From an uncultured Prolixibacteraceae bacterium (lineage in GTDB: Bacteria; Bacteroidota; Bacteroidia; Bacteroidales; FEN-979): a DNA stretch of 64,000 bases. The stretch lies in the NCBI GenBank assembly GCA_964455285.1, contig CAYVVG010000001.1:64960-128959 (forward strand). The letters are read 5' to 3'. The position numbers were made by a program, and so were the translations under genes. The stretch's first letter is position 1, and each line of letters starts with the position of its first letter. The notes under the pieces are model-generated. The model had not been told where the DNA came from. It saw nothing but the letters and a program-made list of their open reading frames with translations, and did no database searches. This document shows, piece after piece, positions 26,354 to 34,146 of the stretch.

Positions 26354-26374
26354 GGTGACAGGTAACAGGTGAAC
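26354..26374 (+). repeat. tandem array 3 x 7 nt GGT(G/A)A(C/A)(A/C)
   Basis: ggtgaca ggtaaca ggtgaac, starting 4 nt after the peptidase stop codon. Confidence 0.75.
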
Positions 26375-26392
26375 TGATTACTAAGCAGGAAG

Positions 26393-26947
26393 ATGATAGA
26401 CAGACTCCTGGCGTTGGGACAACAGGACGAATCGCTGCGCGCCTTTATTACAGATAAATTCGAGGAGCGCACGGTGCCTGCCAGGACGGTGCTCCTTCGG
26501 GAAGGCGAGGTATCGACGCATCTCTATTGTGTTAAAAAGGGATGCCTCCGGCTTTGGGTCAACAAGGATGGGAAAGATATCACCGTGCAGTTCTTTTTCG
26601 AGGGACAGGGAGTGGCATCGATTGAGAGCCTGCTCACCGGGCAGCCGAGCCTGTTCACGCTGGAGACCATTGAACCGGCAACGCTTACGGTGTTCACGAA
26701 GGAGACGTTCGAGGAGTTGATGGCGCGCTTCCCGGCGTTCAGAGAAGGGTTTAACGACCTGCTGTTCCAACGGTTCCGTCATTATGCCGGACTGTTCCTG
26801 TCGAGGATCCGGGATACCCCCATGGAACGGTATGAGGACCTGATCAGAAACCACCCGGAGATCCTCCGGCGCATCCCGCAGCATTACATCGCCTCGTACC
26901 TGGGAATCACGCCCATCTCGCTCAGCCGCATCCGAAACCGTCGGTGA
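26393..26947 (+). CDS. Crp/Fnr-family transcriptional regulator (cNMP-binding domain + HTH)
   Basis: 184 aa. Beta-barrel cNMP-binding-like region (LLREGEVSTHLYCVKKGCLRLW...). C-terminal HTH IPQHYIASYLGITPISLSRIRNR. No N-terminal Cys cluster of FNR proper. Confidence 0.8.
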   Translation: MIDRLLALGQQDESLRAFITDKFEERTVPARTVLLREGEVSTHLYCVKKGCLRLWVNKDGKDITVQFFFEGQGVASIESLLTGQPSLFTLETIEPATLTVFTKETFEELMARFPAFREGFNDLLFQRFRHYAGLFLSRIRDTPMERYEDLIRNHPEILRRIPQHYIASYLGITPISLSRIRNRR

Positions 26948-27009
26948 TTTCTTAACATTTGTTATTGCAGTTTGGCTACCCGCCGGGGGAAATTTGGTAA
27001 AAATATCTC

Positions 27010-27831
27010 ATGTTTCTTTCCCTTTCTGGTCGCCGTCACGACAGTTCCGATCACGTGATGCTCGAAACCCGCCGGTGCGAAGCCTGTTGGACCTGTCTCC
27101 GGGTCTGCAAAAATCAGGTCTTCGGACGCATTAACCTGCCGTTCCACCGCCATGCCCTGATCTCCCATCCGGAGAATTGCTCCGGATGCCTCCGGTGTCT
27201 CAAAGCCTGTCCTGACAGAGCCATCCACTCTGTAGATCAGAAGGAAAGTCTTCGTTCATCATCCCTCCGGATCATTTTCCGGCGCCACCTGCGCGACCTC
27301 CTCCTGGTGACCGGCTTCGCCCTCCTGCTTTCCGGCATAACCATCCAGGTGGGATACCACATGGGGCATCGTGATTCAACAGTTACAACAGATCCGCCCG
27401 GGAATCATACAACGACCTCTGGTCGAGTGATTGATCAGGCTTCTTCTTTTGCAGGCCTTCCCTATTCCACCTGGTCAATCCTGCACCGCACCCTTTCGCT
27501 CGTGTTCTCGGCAGCGCTACTCTGTCATCTCGTATTCCATCGATTGTGGTATCGCGAGACCTTGAACGGCCGGAAACGGATCCGGGATCACCGGTTAGTT
27601 GCCGGACTATCGTTTCTGCTGCTCCCGGTTGCTTTCACCGGTTTCCTGGCCTGGCTCTTCACCCTCACGGGGGCCAATGCCGCCAGGTTGGGGCTGATCG
27701 AAATCCATGACAAGATCGCTATGGCGTTTGGCGTATTAATGATAACCCATGGATGGCGGAAGGTGACAGGTTACTGCTTCACCACTTTTACCGACCGGGT
27801 CTCGTCTCCGGAGGTGACGCGCAGCAGGTAA
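27010..27831 (+). CDS. fusion protein: 2x[4Fe-4S] ferredoxin-type domain + four-TM His-rich domain (DUF4405/di-haem-b-like)
   Basis: 273 aa. Cluster motifs CEACWTCLRVC and CSGCLRCLKACP. Four TM helices follow, with conserved-looking His in TM1 (QVGYHMGH), TM2 (ILHRT...LLCHLVFH) and TM4 (IEIHDK...ITHGW). Its 3' end overlaps the convergent cytochrome gene by 61 nt. Confidence 0.65.
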   Translation: MFLSLSGRRHDSSDHVMLETRRCEACWTCLRVCKNQVFGRINLPFHRHALISHPENCSGCLRCLKACPDRAIHSVDQKESLRSSSLRIIFRRHLRDLLLVTGFALLLSGITIQVGYHMGHRDSTVTTDPPGNHTTTSGRVIDQASSFAGLPYSTWSILHRTLSLVFSAALLCHLVFHRLWYRETLNGRKRIRDHRLVAGLSFLLLPVAFTGFLAWLFTLTGANAARLGLIEIHDKIAMAFGVLMITHGWRKVTGYCFTTFTDRVSSPEVTRSR

Positions 27832-29492
27832 ATACCGGCTGGTCCGTCAAGCAACAGGGACCGGGTACCGCCGGAAAGGAAGCTGCCCTCGCCGGTCTTT
27901 TCTCCGCGACCGGTAAAGATATCCATGTGGAAAGTCCGGTCATTCACGGCCCCCGCGATCTCAACGGTGATCATCCCCGTGGTGGGATTGGGGTAAGCAG
28001 TGACCGTAAACGATTCCACCTTCGCGATTCGGGGTCCCTGCGTTGCCTCTCCTCCGGTCAAGGGCGCCGCCGGGGCCGGGCAATACTGGTTGTTGGTGGT
28101 GATATACCCGTGAAGGTAGCTTCCCGCAGCGGCGGTGGTCCCGGGCAGGAAATTAACCGCCAGCCCGGCCACGAAGGTAGCGTTGCCGCCGCTCTGGACG
28201 GTAACTGCGGTGCCATTTCCAGCGACACGGAGAAATCCCGATGCCGGGTAGCAGGACGTCAGTCCGCTTCCGACCGAAATGTTCTGTACGGTAGAATTCA
28301 TGATCCCGTGGGGGCCCGGGCCGGAGGGATAATAGCCATGGCAAACCGCGCAATCGGAAAGTGTTCCCGCATGGCCCTGCAGGGAGGTGTTCTGGAGGTT
28401 GTCACGTTCGTTCCCGGTAGGAAAGATGGCATGCGGCGACCCGTGACAGGCGCTGCAATAAAGGCTGCCGTGACCCTTCGAATTGCGGAACAGTTTACCG
28501 GGCTCCTCGGCATAGGCGGGACCATGGCAGGCTGCCGCACCGCAGGAAGGCTCTTCCAGCCAGGGCTCCCTCCCGTCCTCCTCGATGGATTTACCGACCT
28601 GGTAAGTGCTCCCGTGGCAATCCTGGCATTTTGTGATCCCGCCGGGCGAGCCGTGCATGACGTCACGCCAGCACTGGGTGTTGGGTCCAGGGTGACATTT
28701 GTAGCAATCATCGGAGGTGCCTCCCGTGATAAACTCCCCGTGTTTTAGGTGCATCACCTGTGAAAAGGAGGGCACCCCGGGCATCCCCGGTTTGCCCAGC
28801 GCGTTATCGGAGTGACAATCGGCGCAAAAGATGGGCCGGTTGTTGATGTTGAACCCGGAAACCGGGTCGTGCATCTGCAGGATGTTCAGCTCGCTGGTAT
28901 GGCATCCGGAGCTGACGCAGTTGATCTCGTGAGAAACGGGAATCACGCTTTGGGTCGTCGCCAGCAATTCATTCGAAGCGGAGAACACTTTGATCAGGGT
29001 CAGCTGGTAAGGATCCTGCACTGTGGGCGTCGCGTCGGGATAAGCCGTGACGGGGATCCCTTCGGCGTGGAAATAATTCCCGGCTGCCGCCGGCATCGGT
29101 CCCGACATGCCGAATCCCGCCAGGCCTACATTCGGAGGTAAAGCCACGCCAAAAAGCTGCTGCGCATAACTCCAGAAGTTGGTTTTGGTGGCCGACTGGG
29201 TGTTCACGGGTATCTCGTAGGTAAGGTATATGCCTGAGGTCCCGTTCAAAACGGCAGGAAGCGAGGTTGGGGATCCCCTGAAGATCACCTGTGCCGTCTG
29301 GTTGTTATAAGGCGGCAGGATGCACATGTTCGAAAAGTCCTGGTTGGCGCAATGCATGCCCAGGTCGTTCCAGGCCAGCACGATGTACTGGGGGTTCAGG
29401 GAGGCCGATTTACCACCGGGGGCGGCGGTAAAAGAGGTAAGCAGCCCCGGAACGATGGATACCAGCAAGGCAAGGGTAAATTTTCTTTTCAT
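27771..29492 (-). CDS. multihaem c-type cytochrome (7 haem-binding motifs) with T9SS C-terminal sorting domain
   Basis: 573 aa. Signal peptide MKRKFTLALLVSIVPGLLTSFTA. Five CxxCH motifs (CADCH, CYKCH, CQDCH, CSACH, CAVCH) plus two CxxxxCH (CVSSGCH, CGAAACH). Last ~80 aa resemble the Por tail (FTVTAYPNPTTGMITVEI...GIYLLRV...VKVVKQ). Confidence 0.8.
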   Translation of the reverse strand: MKRKFTLALLVSIVPGLLTSFTAAPGGKSASLNPQYIVLAWNDLGMHCANQDFSNMCILPPYNNQTAQVIFRGSPTSLPAVLNGTSGIYLTYEIPVNTQSATKTNFWSYAQQLFGVALPPNVGLAGFGMSGPMPAAAGNYFHAEGIPVTAYPDATPTVQDPYQLTLIKVFSASNELLATTQSVIPVSHEINCVSSGCHTSELNILQMHDPVSGFNINNRPIFCADCHSDNALGKPGMPGVPSFSQVMHLKHGEFITGGTSDDCYKCHPGPNTQCWRDVMHGSPGGITKCQDCHGSTYQVGKSIEEDGREPWLEEPSCGAAACHGPAYAEEPGKLFRNSKGHGSLYCSACHGSPHAIFPTGNERDNLQNTSLQGHAGTLSDCAVCHGYYPSGPGPHGIMNSTVQNISVGSGLTSCYPASGFLRVAGNGTAVTVQSGGNATFVAGLAVNFLPGTTAAAGSYLHGYITTNNQYCPAPAAPLTGGEATQGPRIAKVESFTVTAYPNPTTGMITVEIAGAVNDRTFHMDIFTGRGEKTGEGSFLSGGTRSLLLDGPAGIYLLRVTSGDETRSVKVVKQ

Positions 29493-29518
29493 GGGCGTAG
29501 ATTTTTACATCATATCTA

Positions 29519-29526
29519 CAAAGATA
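29519..29526 (-). promoter_or_regulatory. candidate -7 box (TATCTTTG) for the cytochrome gene
   Basis: Plus strand caaagata = minus strand TATCTTTG. Exact TAnnTTTG, 26 nt upstream of ATG 29492. Confidence 0.45.
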
Positions 29527-29610
29527 CATGTTTTTATATAAAGTTGCCCGAAGCGGGGGGAAATTTCAGATTGCCGATGGAGGAATTAAAGTTGAGTCCA
29601 CTCCGAAAAG

Positions 29611-29653
29611 TCAATCTACCCACCCCTAGCCCCTCCCTGCCAGTAGGGAGGGG
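29611..29653 (+). repeat. GC-rich hairpin element, related family (43 nt)
   Basis: tcaatctacccacccctagcccctccctgccagtagggagggg. Same architecture as the 44-nt element (CCCACCCC box, then a CCCCTCCC/GGGAGGGG hairpin). Confidence 0.85.
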
Positions 29654-29710
29654 AATAACCGATACACCCATATTAAAGATTATCAATGCTTTATGCAGCA
29701 CATTTTAACA

Positions 29711-29753
29711 CCCCTCCCTTGATCAAGGGAGGGGCAGGGGTGGGTAGATTTGA
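29711..29753 (-). repeat. GC-rich hairpin element, inverted partner of 29611-29653
   Basis: The reverse complement reads tcaaatctacccacccctgcccctcccttgatcaagggagggg. The two copies face each other across a 57-nt AT-rich spacer. Confidence 0.85.
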
Positions 29754-29857
29754 TTCCGACCTGCTTTTCAGATCAGTCTCAAAGTTGAGAATGACAGGAT
29801 GGGTACCTGTATCAGAAGGACCAAAGCGGTCACCAGGATACCGTCCAGATCAGCGGA

Positions 29858-30595
29858 TCACAAGAGCAGGAAATCGAGGTTATCGGAAGCCGAATATTCC
29901 TTTGCCTCCTGTCCGTACCGGAACACCCTCAGGGGACGCGACCCGGTAAGGGTCATGGAGTCGCCGGACACCCGGAGCAGGCATCCTTCGCGAAGACCGA
30001 CGACGGTCGTGGTGCGGTTGACTGTGAGGAATTCGAGGATGCGTTGTTCCCGTGTCTCCCCGGCATGACCGGCCGGGTTGGCGTCGAGGTAGTGCGGATT
30101 GATCTGGAAAGGAACCAGGTCGAGGCAGCCGAAGGAGGGTGGTTCACAAACAGGCATGTCGTTGGTGGTCTTCATCGTCGGGCAGGCCACGTTGGCCCCG
30201 GCACTCCACCCGGCGAAGGGAGTGCCCTGCAGCACCTTCCGGCGGATGGCTTCCATCAGTCCCAGTTCCTGCATCATCATCACCAGGTGAAAGGTATTCC
30301 CGCCTCCCACCACGATCGACTCCGCTTCGTTGACGGCCGACACGGGATCGGGCTCCCGGTGCACCGAAGTGAGGCTGAATCCCATTTCGCTGAATATCGT
30401 CGCGACCCTTTCTTCATACAGGCCGAACGAACGGGTCAGGCTTTCGGGCGACAGGTTCACTCCTGCAAAAGGCACGAACAGCACGCGCTTCACCCCTGCT
30501 TCTTCAAAAAAGGATTTCAGGTGCCGGCGCGGCCAGGCGAGGTAATCCTCCCCCGCGTTGGTGGAGTTGGAAATAAGCAGAAGATTTCGGATCAT
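29858..30595 (-). CDS. pepE: dipeptidase E (S51 peptidase, alpha-aspartyl dipeptidase)
   Basis: 245 aa. LLLISNSTN start, GGGNTFHL motif, nucleophile context GWSAGANV, and a His further downstream. Typical PepE length. Confidence 0.85.
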   Translation of the reverse strand: MIRNLLLISNSTNAGEDYLAWPRRHLKSFFEEAGVKRVLFVPFAGVNLSPESLTRSFGLYEERVATIFSEMGFSLTSVHREPDPVSAVNEAESIVVGGGNTFHLVMMMQELGLMEAIRRKVLQGTPFAGWSAGANVACPTMKTTNDMPVCEPPSFGCLDLVPFQINPHYLDANPAGHAGETREQRILEFLTVNRTTTVVGLREGCLLRVSGDSMTLTGSRPLRVFRYGQEAKEYSASDNLDFLLL

Positions 30596-30634
30596 GGCGT
30601 GGATTTTAGGTCATAAAAGTAAACAGAACTTTCT

Positions 30635-30642
30635 TACTTTTG
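30635..30642 (+). promoter_or_regulatory. candidate -7 box (TACTTTTG) only 4 nt upstream of the MFS start codon
   Basis: Exact TAnnTTTG. The first ATG is at 30647 and a second at 30653, implying a leaderless or near-leaderless transcript if the box is functional. Confidence 0.35.
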
Positions 30643-30646
30643 ACCC

Positions 30647-31960
30647 ATGGAAATGATAAAAAACCGAAGCCCGCACAAGGGAAAACCCAGGCTCAGTTTT
30701 TCTCAGGTGATCAACATGAGTTTCGGCTTCCTGGGGATCCAGTTCGGATTTGCTCTGCAAAACGGGAATGCCTCCCGTATCCTCCTCACCTTCGGGGCCG
30801 ACGTCGAACACCTGAGCTGGTTCTGGCTGGTAGCGCCGATCACCGGCATGATCGTCCAGCCGATCGTGGGTTATTTCAGCGACCGTACATGGAACCGGCT
30901 TGGCAGGCGGCGCCCCTATTTCCTGGCCGGGGCCCTGCTGACGAGCATAGCGCTGGTGCTGATGCCCAACGCACCGCACCTCGCCACCTTCATTGCTCCC
31001 ATGTTCATCGGCGGCGGGTTGCTCATGATCATGGATGCCTCGATCAACATATCCATGGAGCCTTTCCGCGCCCTGGTCGCCGACAAGTTGCCCGAAGAAC
31101 AGCACACACTTGGCTTCTCTGTCCAAACGCTCCTGATCGGGATCGGAGCGGTCGTCGGATCGTGGCTTCCATACATGCTTGGGAACTGGTTCGGAATCTC
31201 AAAAACAGCAGGCGCCCATGGTTTGGTGCCCGACAACGTTGTCTTTTCGTTTTACACGGGGGCGGCAGTTCTGCTGGGAGCCATTCTCTGGACCGTTTTC
31301 ACCACCACCGAATACCCGCCTGAAGAGCTTTACAGGGAGGAAAAGCAAGAAAAAGCAGGCCGCTTCACCATCCCGCCCATCATGCTCAAGTTGCTGCTGG
31401 TGCAATTTTTTTCCTGGTTCGGTCTTTTCTCCATGTGGGTTTATACCACCCCGGCTGTCGCCCAGCGGTTTTACGGCACCACCGACGCCAACTCCCCGCT
31501 GTTCCAGGAGGCCGGTGACTGGGTCGGGATCCTGTTCGGCGTGTATAACGGGGTTTCCGCCCTCATCGCCCTGCTGTTACCGATGGTGGCCGCCCGGCTT
31601 TCCAAAAAGGTCACCCACTCCCTGGCCCTCACCCTCGGCGGGCTGTCGCTGCTCTCGTTCCTGGTATTCCGCGACCCTCACTGGCTGATCGTGCCCATGG
31701 TGGGCATCGGCATCGCGTGGGGGAGCATACTGGCCATGCCGTACGCCATGCTGGCAGGTTCGGTCTCGCCGCGTCACATGGGAGTCACGATGGGTCTTTT
31801 CAACATGTCGATCACCATTCCACAGATTGTCAGCGGGGTGACCAGCGGACTGATCCTGAAGTATTTCTTCCACGACGACCCGGCGTTGTGCCTGGTCATG
31901 GCCGGGGTGAGCATGCTGCTGGGAGCCTTGAGTGCACTGGCGATCTGGGAGCAGAAGTGA
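30647..31960 (+). CDS. MFS sugar transporter, SLC45/GPH-like (maltose/maltodextrin permease candidate)
   Basis: 437 aa, about 12 TM helices. Signature GYFSDRTWNRLGRRRPYFLAGALL (the RxGRR loop of sucrose/maltose-H+ symporter-like MFS). Sits at the head of the alpha-glucan locus. Confidence 0.8.
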   Translation: MEMIKNRSPHKGKPRLSFSQVINMSFGFLGIQFGFALQNGNASRILLTFGADVEHLSWFWLVAPITGMIVQPIVGYFSDRTWNRLGRRRPYFLAGALLTSIALVLMPNAPHLATFIAPMFIGGGLLMIMDASINISMEPFRALVADKLPEEQHTLGFSVQTLLIGIGAVVGSWLPYMLGNWFGISKTAGAHGLVPDNVVFSFYTGAAVLLGAILWTVFTTTEYPPEELYREEKQEKAGRFTIPPIMLKLLLVQFFSWFGLFSMWVYTTPAVAQRFYGTTDANSPLFQEAGDWVGILFGVYNGVSALIALLLPMVAARLSKKVTHSLALTLGGLSLLSFLVFRDPHWLIVPMVGIGIAWGSILAMPYAMLAGSVSPRHMGVTMGLFNMSITIPQIVSGVTSGLILKYFFHDDPALCLVMAGVSMLLGALSALAIWEQK

Positions 31961-31965
31961 CCGGG

Positions 31966-31983
31966 ATAAGGAAAATAAGGAAA
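31966..31983 (+). repeat. 2 x 9 nt ATAAGGAAA
   Basis: ataaggaaa ataaggaaa, 6 nt after the MFS stop codon. Confidence 0.7.
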
Positions 31984-31988
31984 ATTGA

Positions 31989-32013
31989 CCGCAGAGACGC
32001 AGAGGCGCAGAGA
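31989..32013 (+). repeat. CGCAGAGR octamer array with ACCGCAGAGA head (3 units)
   Basis: ccgcagaga cgcagagg cgcagaga. Confidence 0.85.
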
Positions 32014-32086
32014 AAAATCATAAAATCAGCAACTTAGCGTCCTTTTAGAACATTATGAAAATCACAGATAGTCAATATAAACACGC

Positions 32087-33592
32087 ATGCTGAAAGATAG
32101 ATCAAGCGGTATATTGCTCCATCCCACTTCACTCCCGGGAAGATATGGCATCGGCACACTCGGAAAAGCCGCCTTCGACTTCATCGATTTCCTGGCGAGG
32201 GCCCGCCAACAATACTGGCAGATCCTCCCGCTCGGCCCCACGGGCTATGCCGACTCGCCGTACCAGTGCTTCTCGGCCCATGCCGGGAACCCAAACCTCA
32301 TCGATCCTGACCTGCTGGTCAAAGACCATTTGCTGCAGCCCGGCGACGTGGAATCGTTTCCCTGGCTGGGGGATGACCGCATCGACTATGGCGCCGTGCT
32401 GGAAGCCAGGTCACCCTTGCTGAAAAGGGCCTATGCCGCATTTTGCGACCGGGATGACCCGACGCTGAAGCTGGCATACCGCAATTTTCTGAAGGACCAG
32501 TCGAAATGGATCCACGATTACGCGCTTTTCCGGGCCATCAAGTCCGCCCGGGGGCAGCGTCCCTGGTACGAGTGGGAGCAACCTCTCAAGATGCGCGAGC
32601 CCGATGCACTCCGTGCGATGGAGTCGTCGCTGCACGATGAGATCGAATTTCACAAGTTCCTGCAGTTCATCTTTTTCAGGCAGTGGCACTCCGTCAAAGA
32701 ATATGCTCACCAGCACGGGGTGAAGATCATCGGCGACATCCCGCTGTACGTGGCGCTCGACAGCGCCGATGCCTGGTCGAACCCTGAGATCTTCGAATTC
32801 GACGAACATCGCAACCCCATCCGGGTGGGCGGTGTCCCTCCCGACTATTTCAGCGAGACAGGCCAGTTGTGGGGCAATCCCCTTTTTCGTTGGGATATGC
32901 TGGAACAGACCGGTTACCGGTGGTGGATCGAACGCATCCGGACCAACCTCTTCCTGTACGACGTGATCCGGATCGACCATTTCCGCGGTTTCGCAGCCTA
33001 CTGGGCGGTACCCTATGGCGAGAAGACAGCCATCAACGGCACCTGGATCCCGTGCCCGGGACGGGAGTTCTTCGAAGCGCTGAAAGCCGAATTCGGGGCT
33101 TTGCCGATCATTGCCGAGGATCTCGGGGTGATCACTCCCGACGTGGAAGAGTTGCGCGACGGTTTCGGCCTGCCGGGGATGAAGATCCTGCAGTTTGCCT
33201 TCGATTCGTCGGAAGCCAACGACTACATTCCCCACAATTACGTAAAGAACTGCATCGTTTACACAGGCACACACGACAATGACACCGTGGCAGGATGGTT
33301 CGCCGCGGCTTCGCCCGACGACCGGAAATATGTGATGGAATACCTGAACTCCGGCGACCGGGATATCCATTGGGCATTCATCCGGCTGGCATGGGCGTCG
33401 GTTGCGTACACCGCCATTGTCCCGATGCAAGACCTGCTGGGGCTGGGCACACACGCCCGCATGAACCTCCCGGGAACCACCGTCAACAACTGGCAATGGA
33501 GGGCCAAAGAGGGGGACTTCTCACTTGAACTTTCGCTCCGGCTGGCGAGGCTCACTGAGCTTTTTGGAAGAATCCCGAAAAAGGCAAAATGA
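32087..33592 (+). CDS. malQ: 4-alpha-glucanotransferase (amylomaltase, GH77)
   Basis: 501 aa. N-terminus SGILLHPTSLPGRYGIGTLG. Also DSADAW, IDHFRGF, IIAEDLG and YTGTHDN, the canonical GH77 blocks. Confidence 0.92.
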   Translation: MLKDRSSGILLHPTSLPGRYGIGTLGKAAFDFIDFLARARQQYWQILPLGPTGYADSPYQCFSAHAGNPNLIDPDLLVKDHLLQPGDVESFPWLGDDRIDYGAVLEARSPLLKRAYAAFCDRDDPTLKLAYRNFLKDQSKWIHDYALFRAIKSARGQRPWYEWEQPLKMREPDALRAMESSLHDEIEFHKFLQFIFFRQWHSVKEYAHQHGVKIIGDIPLYVALDSADAWSNPEIFEFDEHRNPIRVGGVPPDYFSETGQLWGNPLFRWDMLEQTGYRWWIERIRTNLFLYDVIRIDHFRGFAAYWAVPYGEKTAINGTWIPCPGREFFEALKAEFGALPIIAEDLGVITPDVEELRDGFGLPGMKILQFAFDSSEANDYIPHNYVKNCIVYTGTHDNDTVAGWFAAASPDDRKYVMEYLNSGDRDIHWAFIRLAWASVAYTAIVPMQDLLGLGTHARMNLPGTTVNNWQWRAKEGDFSLELSLRLARLTELFGRIPKKAK

Positions 33593-33634
33593 CCGCAAAC
33601 ATGCCTGCCTATTTGCATGGACGCAGAAAAAGTT

Positions 33635-33676
33635 AACCGCAGAGAACGCAGAGGAAGCGCTGAGGGCCGCTGAAAG
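33635..33676 (+). repeat. degenerate CGCAGAG array, left inverted repeat of the GxxExxY cassette
   Basis: aaccgcagagaacgcagaggaagcgctgagggccgctgaaag. The TTAACCGCAGAGA head is mirrored at 34107-34119. Confidence 0.8.
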
Positions 33677-33691
33677 AACTTACCGATTTAA

Positions 33692-34069
33692 ATGACAGAA
33701 AATCAGATTACCGAGGCAATCATTGGGGGTGCAATCAAGGTGCATAAAAACCTGGGACCGGGATTATTGGAGTCTGCTTATGAAGAATGTTTGTCATACG
33801 AACTGAAGAAGGCCGGTATATTAACCGAAAGACAACGGGCACTCCCGCTGGTTTACGAAGAAGTAAGACTCGATTGCGGATACCGCGTGGATATGATGAT
33901 TGAGAATAAGGTAATTGTAGAAATCAAATCTGTTGATGCCCTTAATGATATACATCTTGCCCAGATTTTAACTTATCTGCGGCTGTCAGGTTGCAAGGTG
34001 GGCCTGTTAATAAATTTCAATGTCGTGAAACTAACCAACGGGATCAGACGTGTAGTGAACGATTTTTAG
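33692..34069 (+). CDS. GxxExxY protein (PD-(D/E)XK-like small protein family)
   Basis: 125 aa. N-terminal IIGGAIKVHKNLGPGLLESAYEECLSYEL contains the eponymous G-x2-E-x2-Y. The acidic/Lys core follows (YRVDMMIENKVIVEIKS). G+C is clearly lower than the flanks (hand counts 32-48 % per line). Confidence 0.85.
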   Translation: MTENQITEAIIGGAIKVHKNLGPGLLESAYEECLSYELKKAGILTERQRALPLVYEEVRLDCGYRVDMMIENKVIVEIKSVDALNDIHLAQILTYLRLSGCKVGLLINFNVVKLTNGIRRVVNDF

Positions 34070-34077
34070 CCGGAATA

Positions 34078-34119
34078 TCTCTGCAGCCCTCTGCGCCTTC
34101 TCTGCGGCTCTCTGCGGTT
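34078..34119 (-). repeat. degenerate CGCAGAG array, right inverted repeat of the GxxExxY cassette
   Basis: The reverse complement reads aaccgcagagagccgcagagaaggcgcagagggctgcagaga. Confidence 0.8.
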
Positions 34120-34146
34120 AAAGATAGGCAACTAGAATTTGAAACA

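Noticed and set aside
27771-27831. 61-nt overlap of the convergent Fe-S membrane protein and cytochrome genes, considered as a sign of a frameshift or mis-called stop
   Set aside because: Both reading frames end in sequence consistent with their domains: a cytoplasmic tail after TM4, and a complete Por-type C-terminal strand ending VKVVKQ. I treat it as a genuine 3' overlap and mention it only as context.
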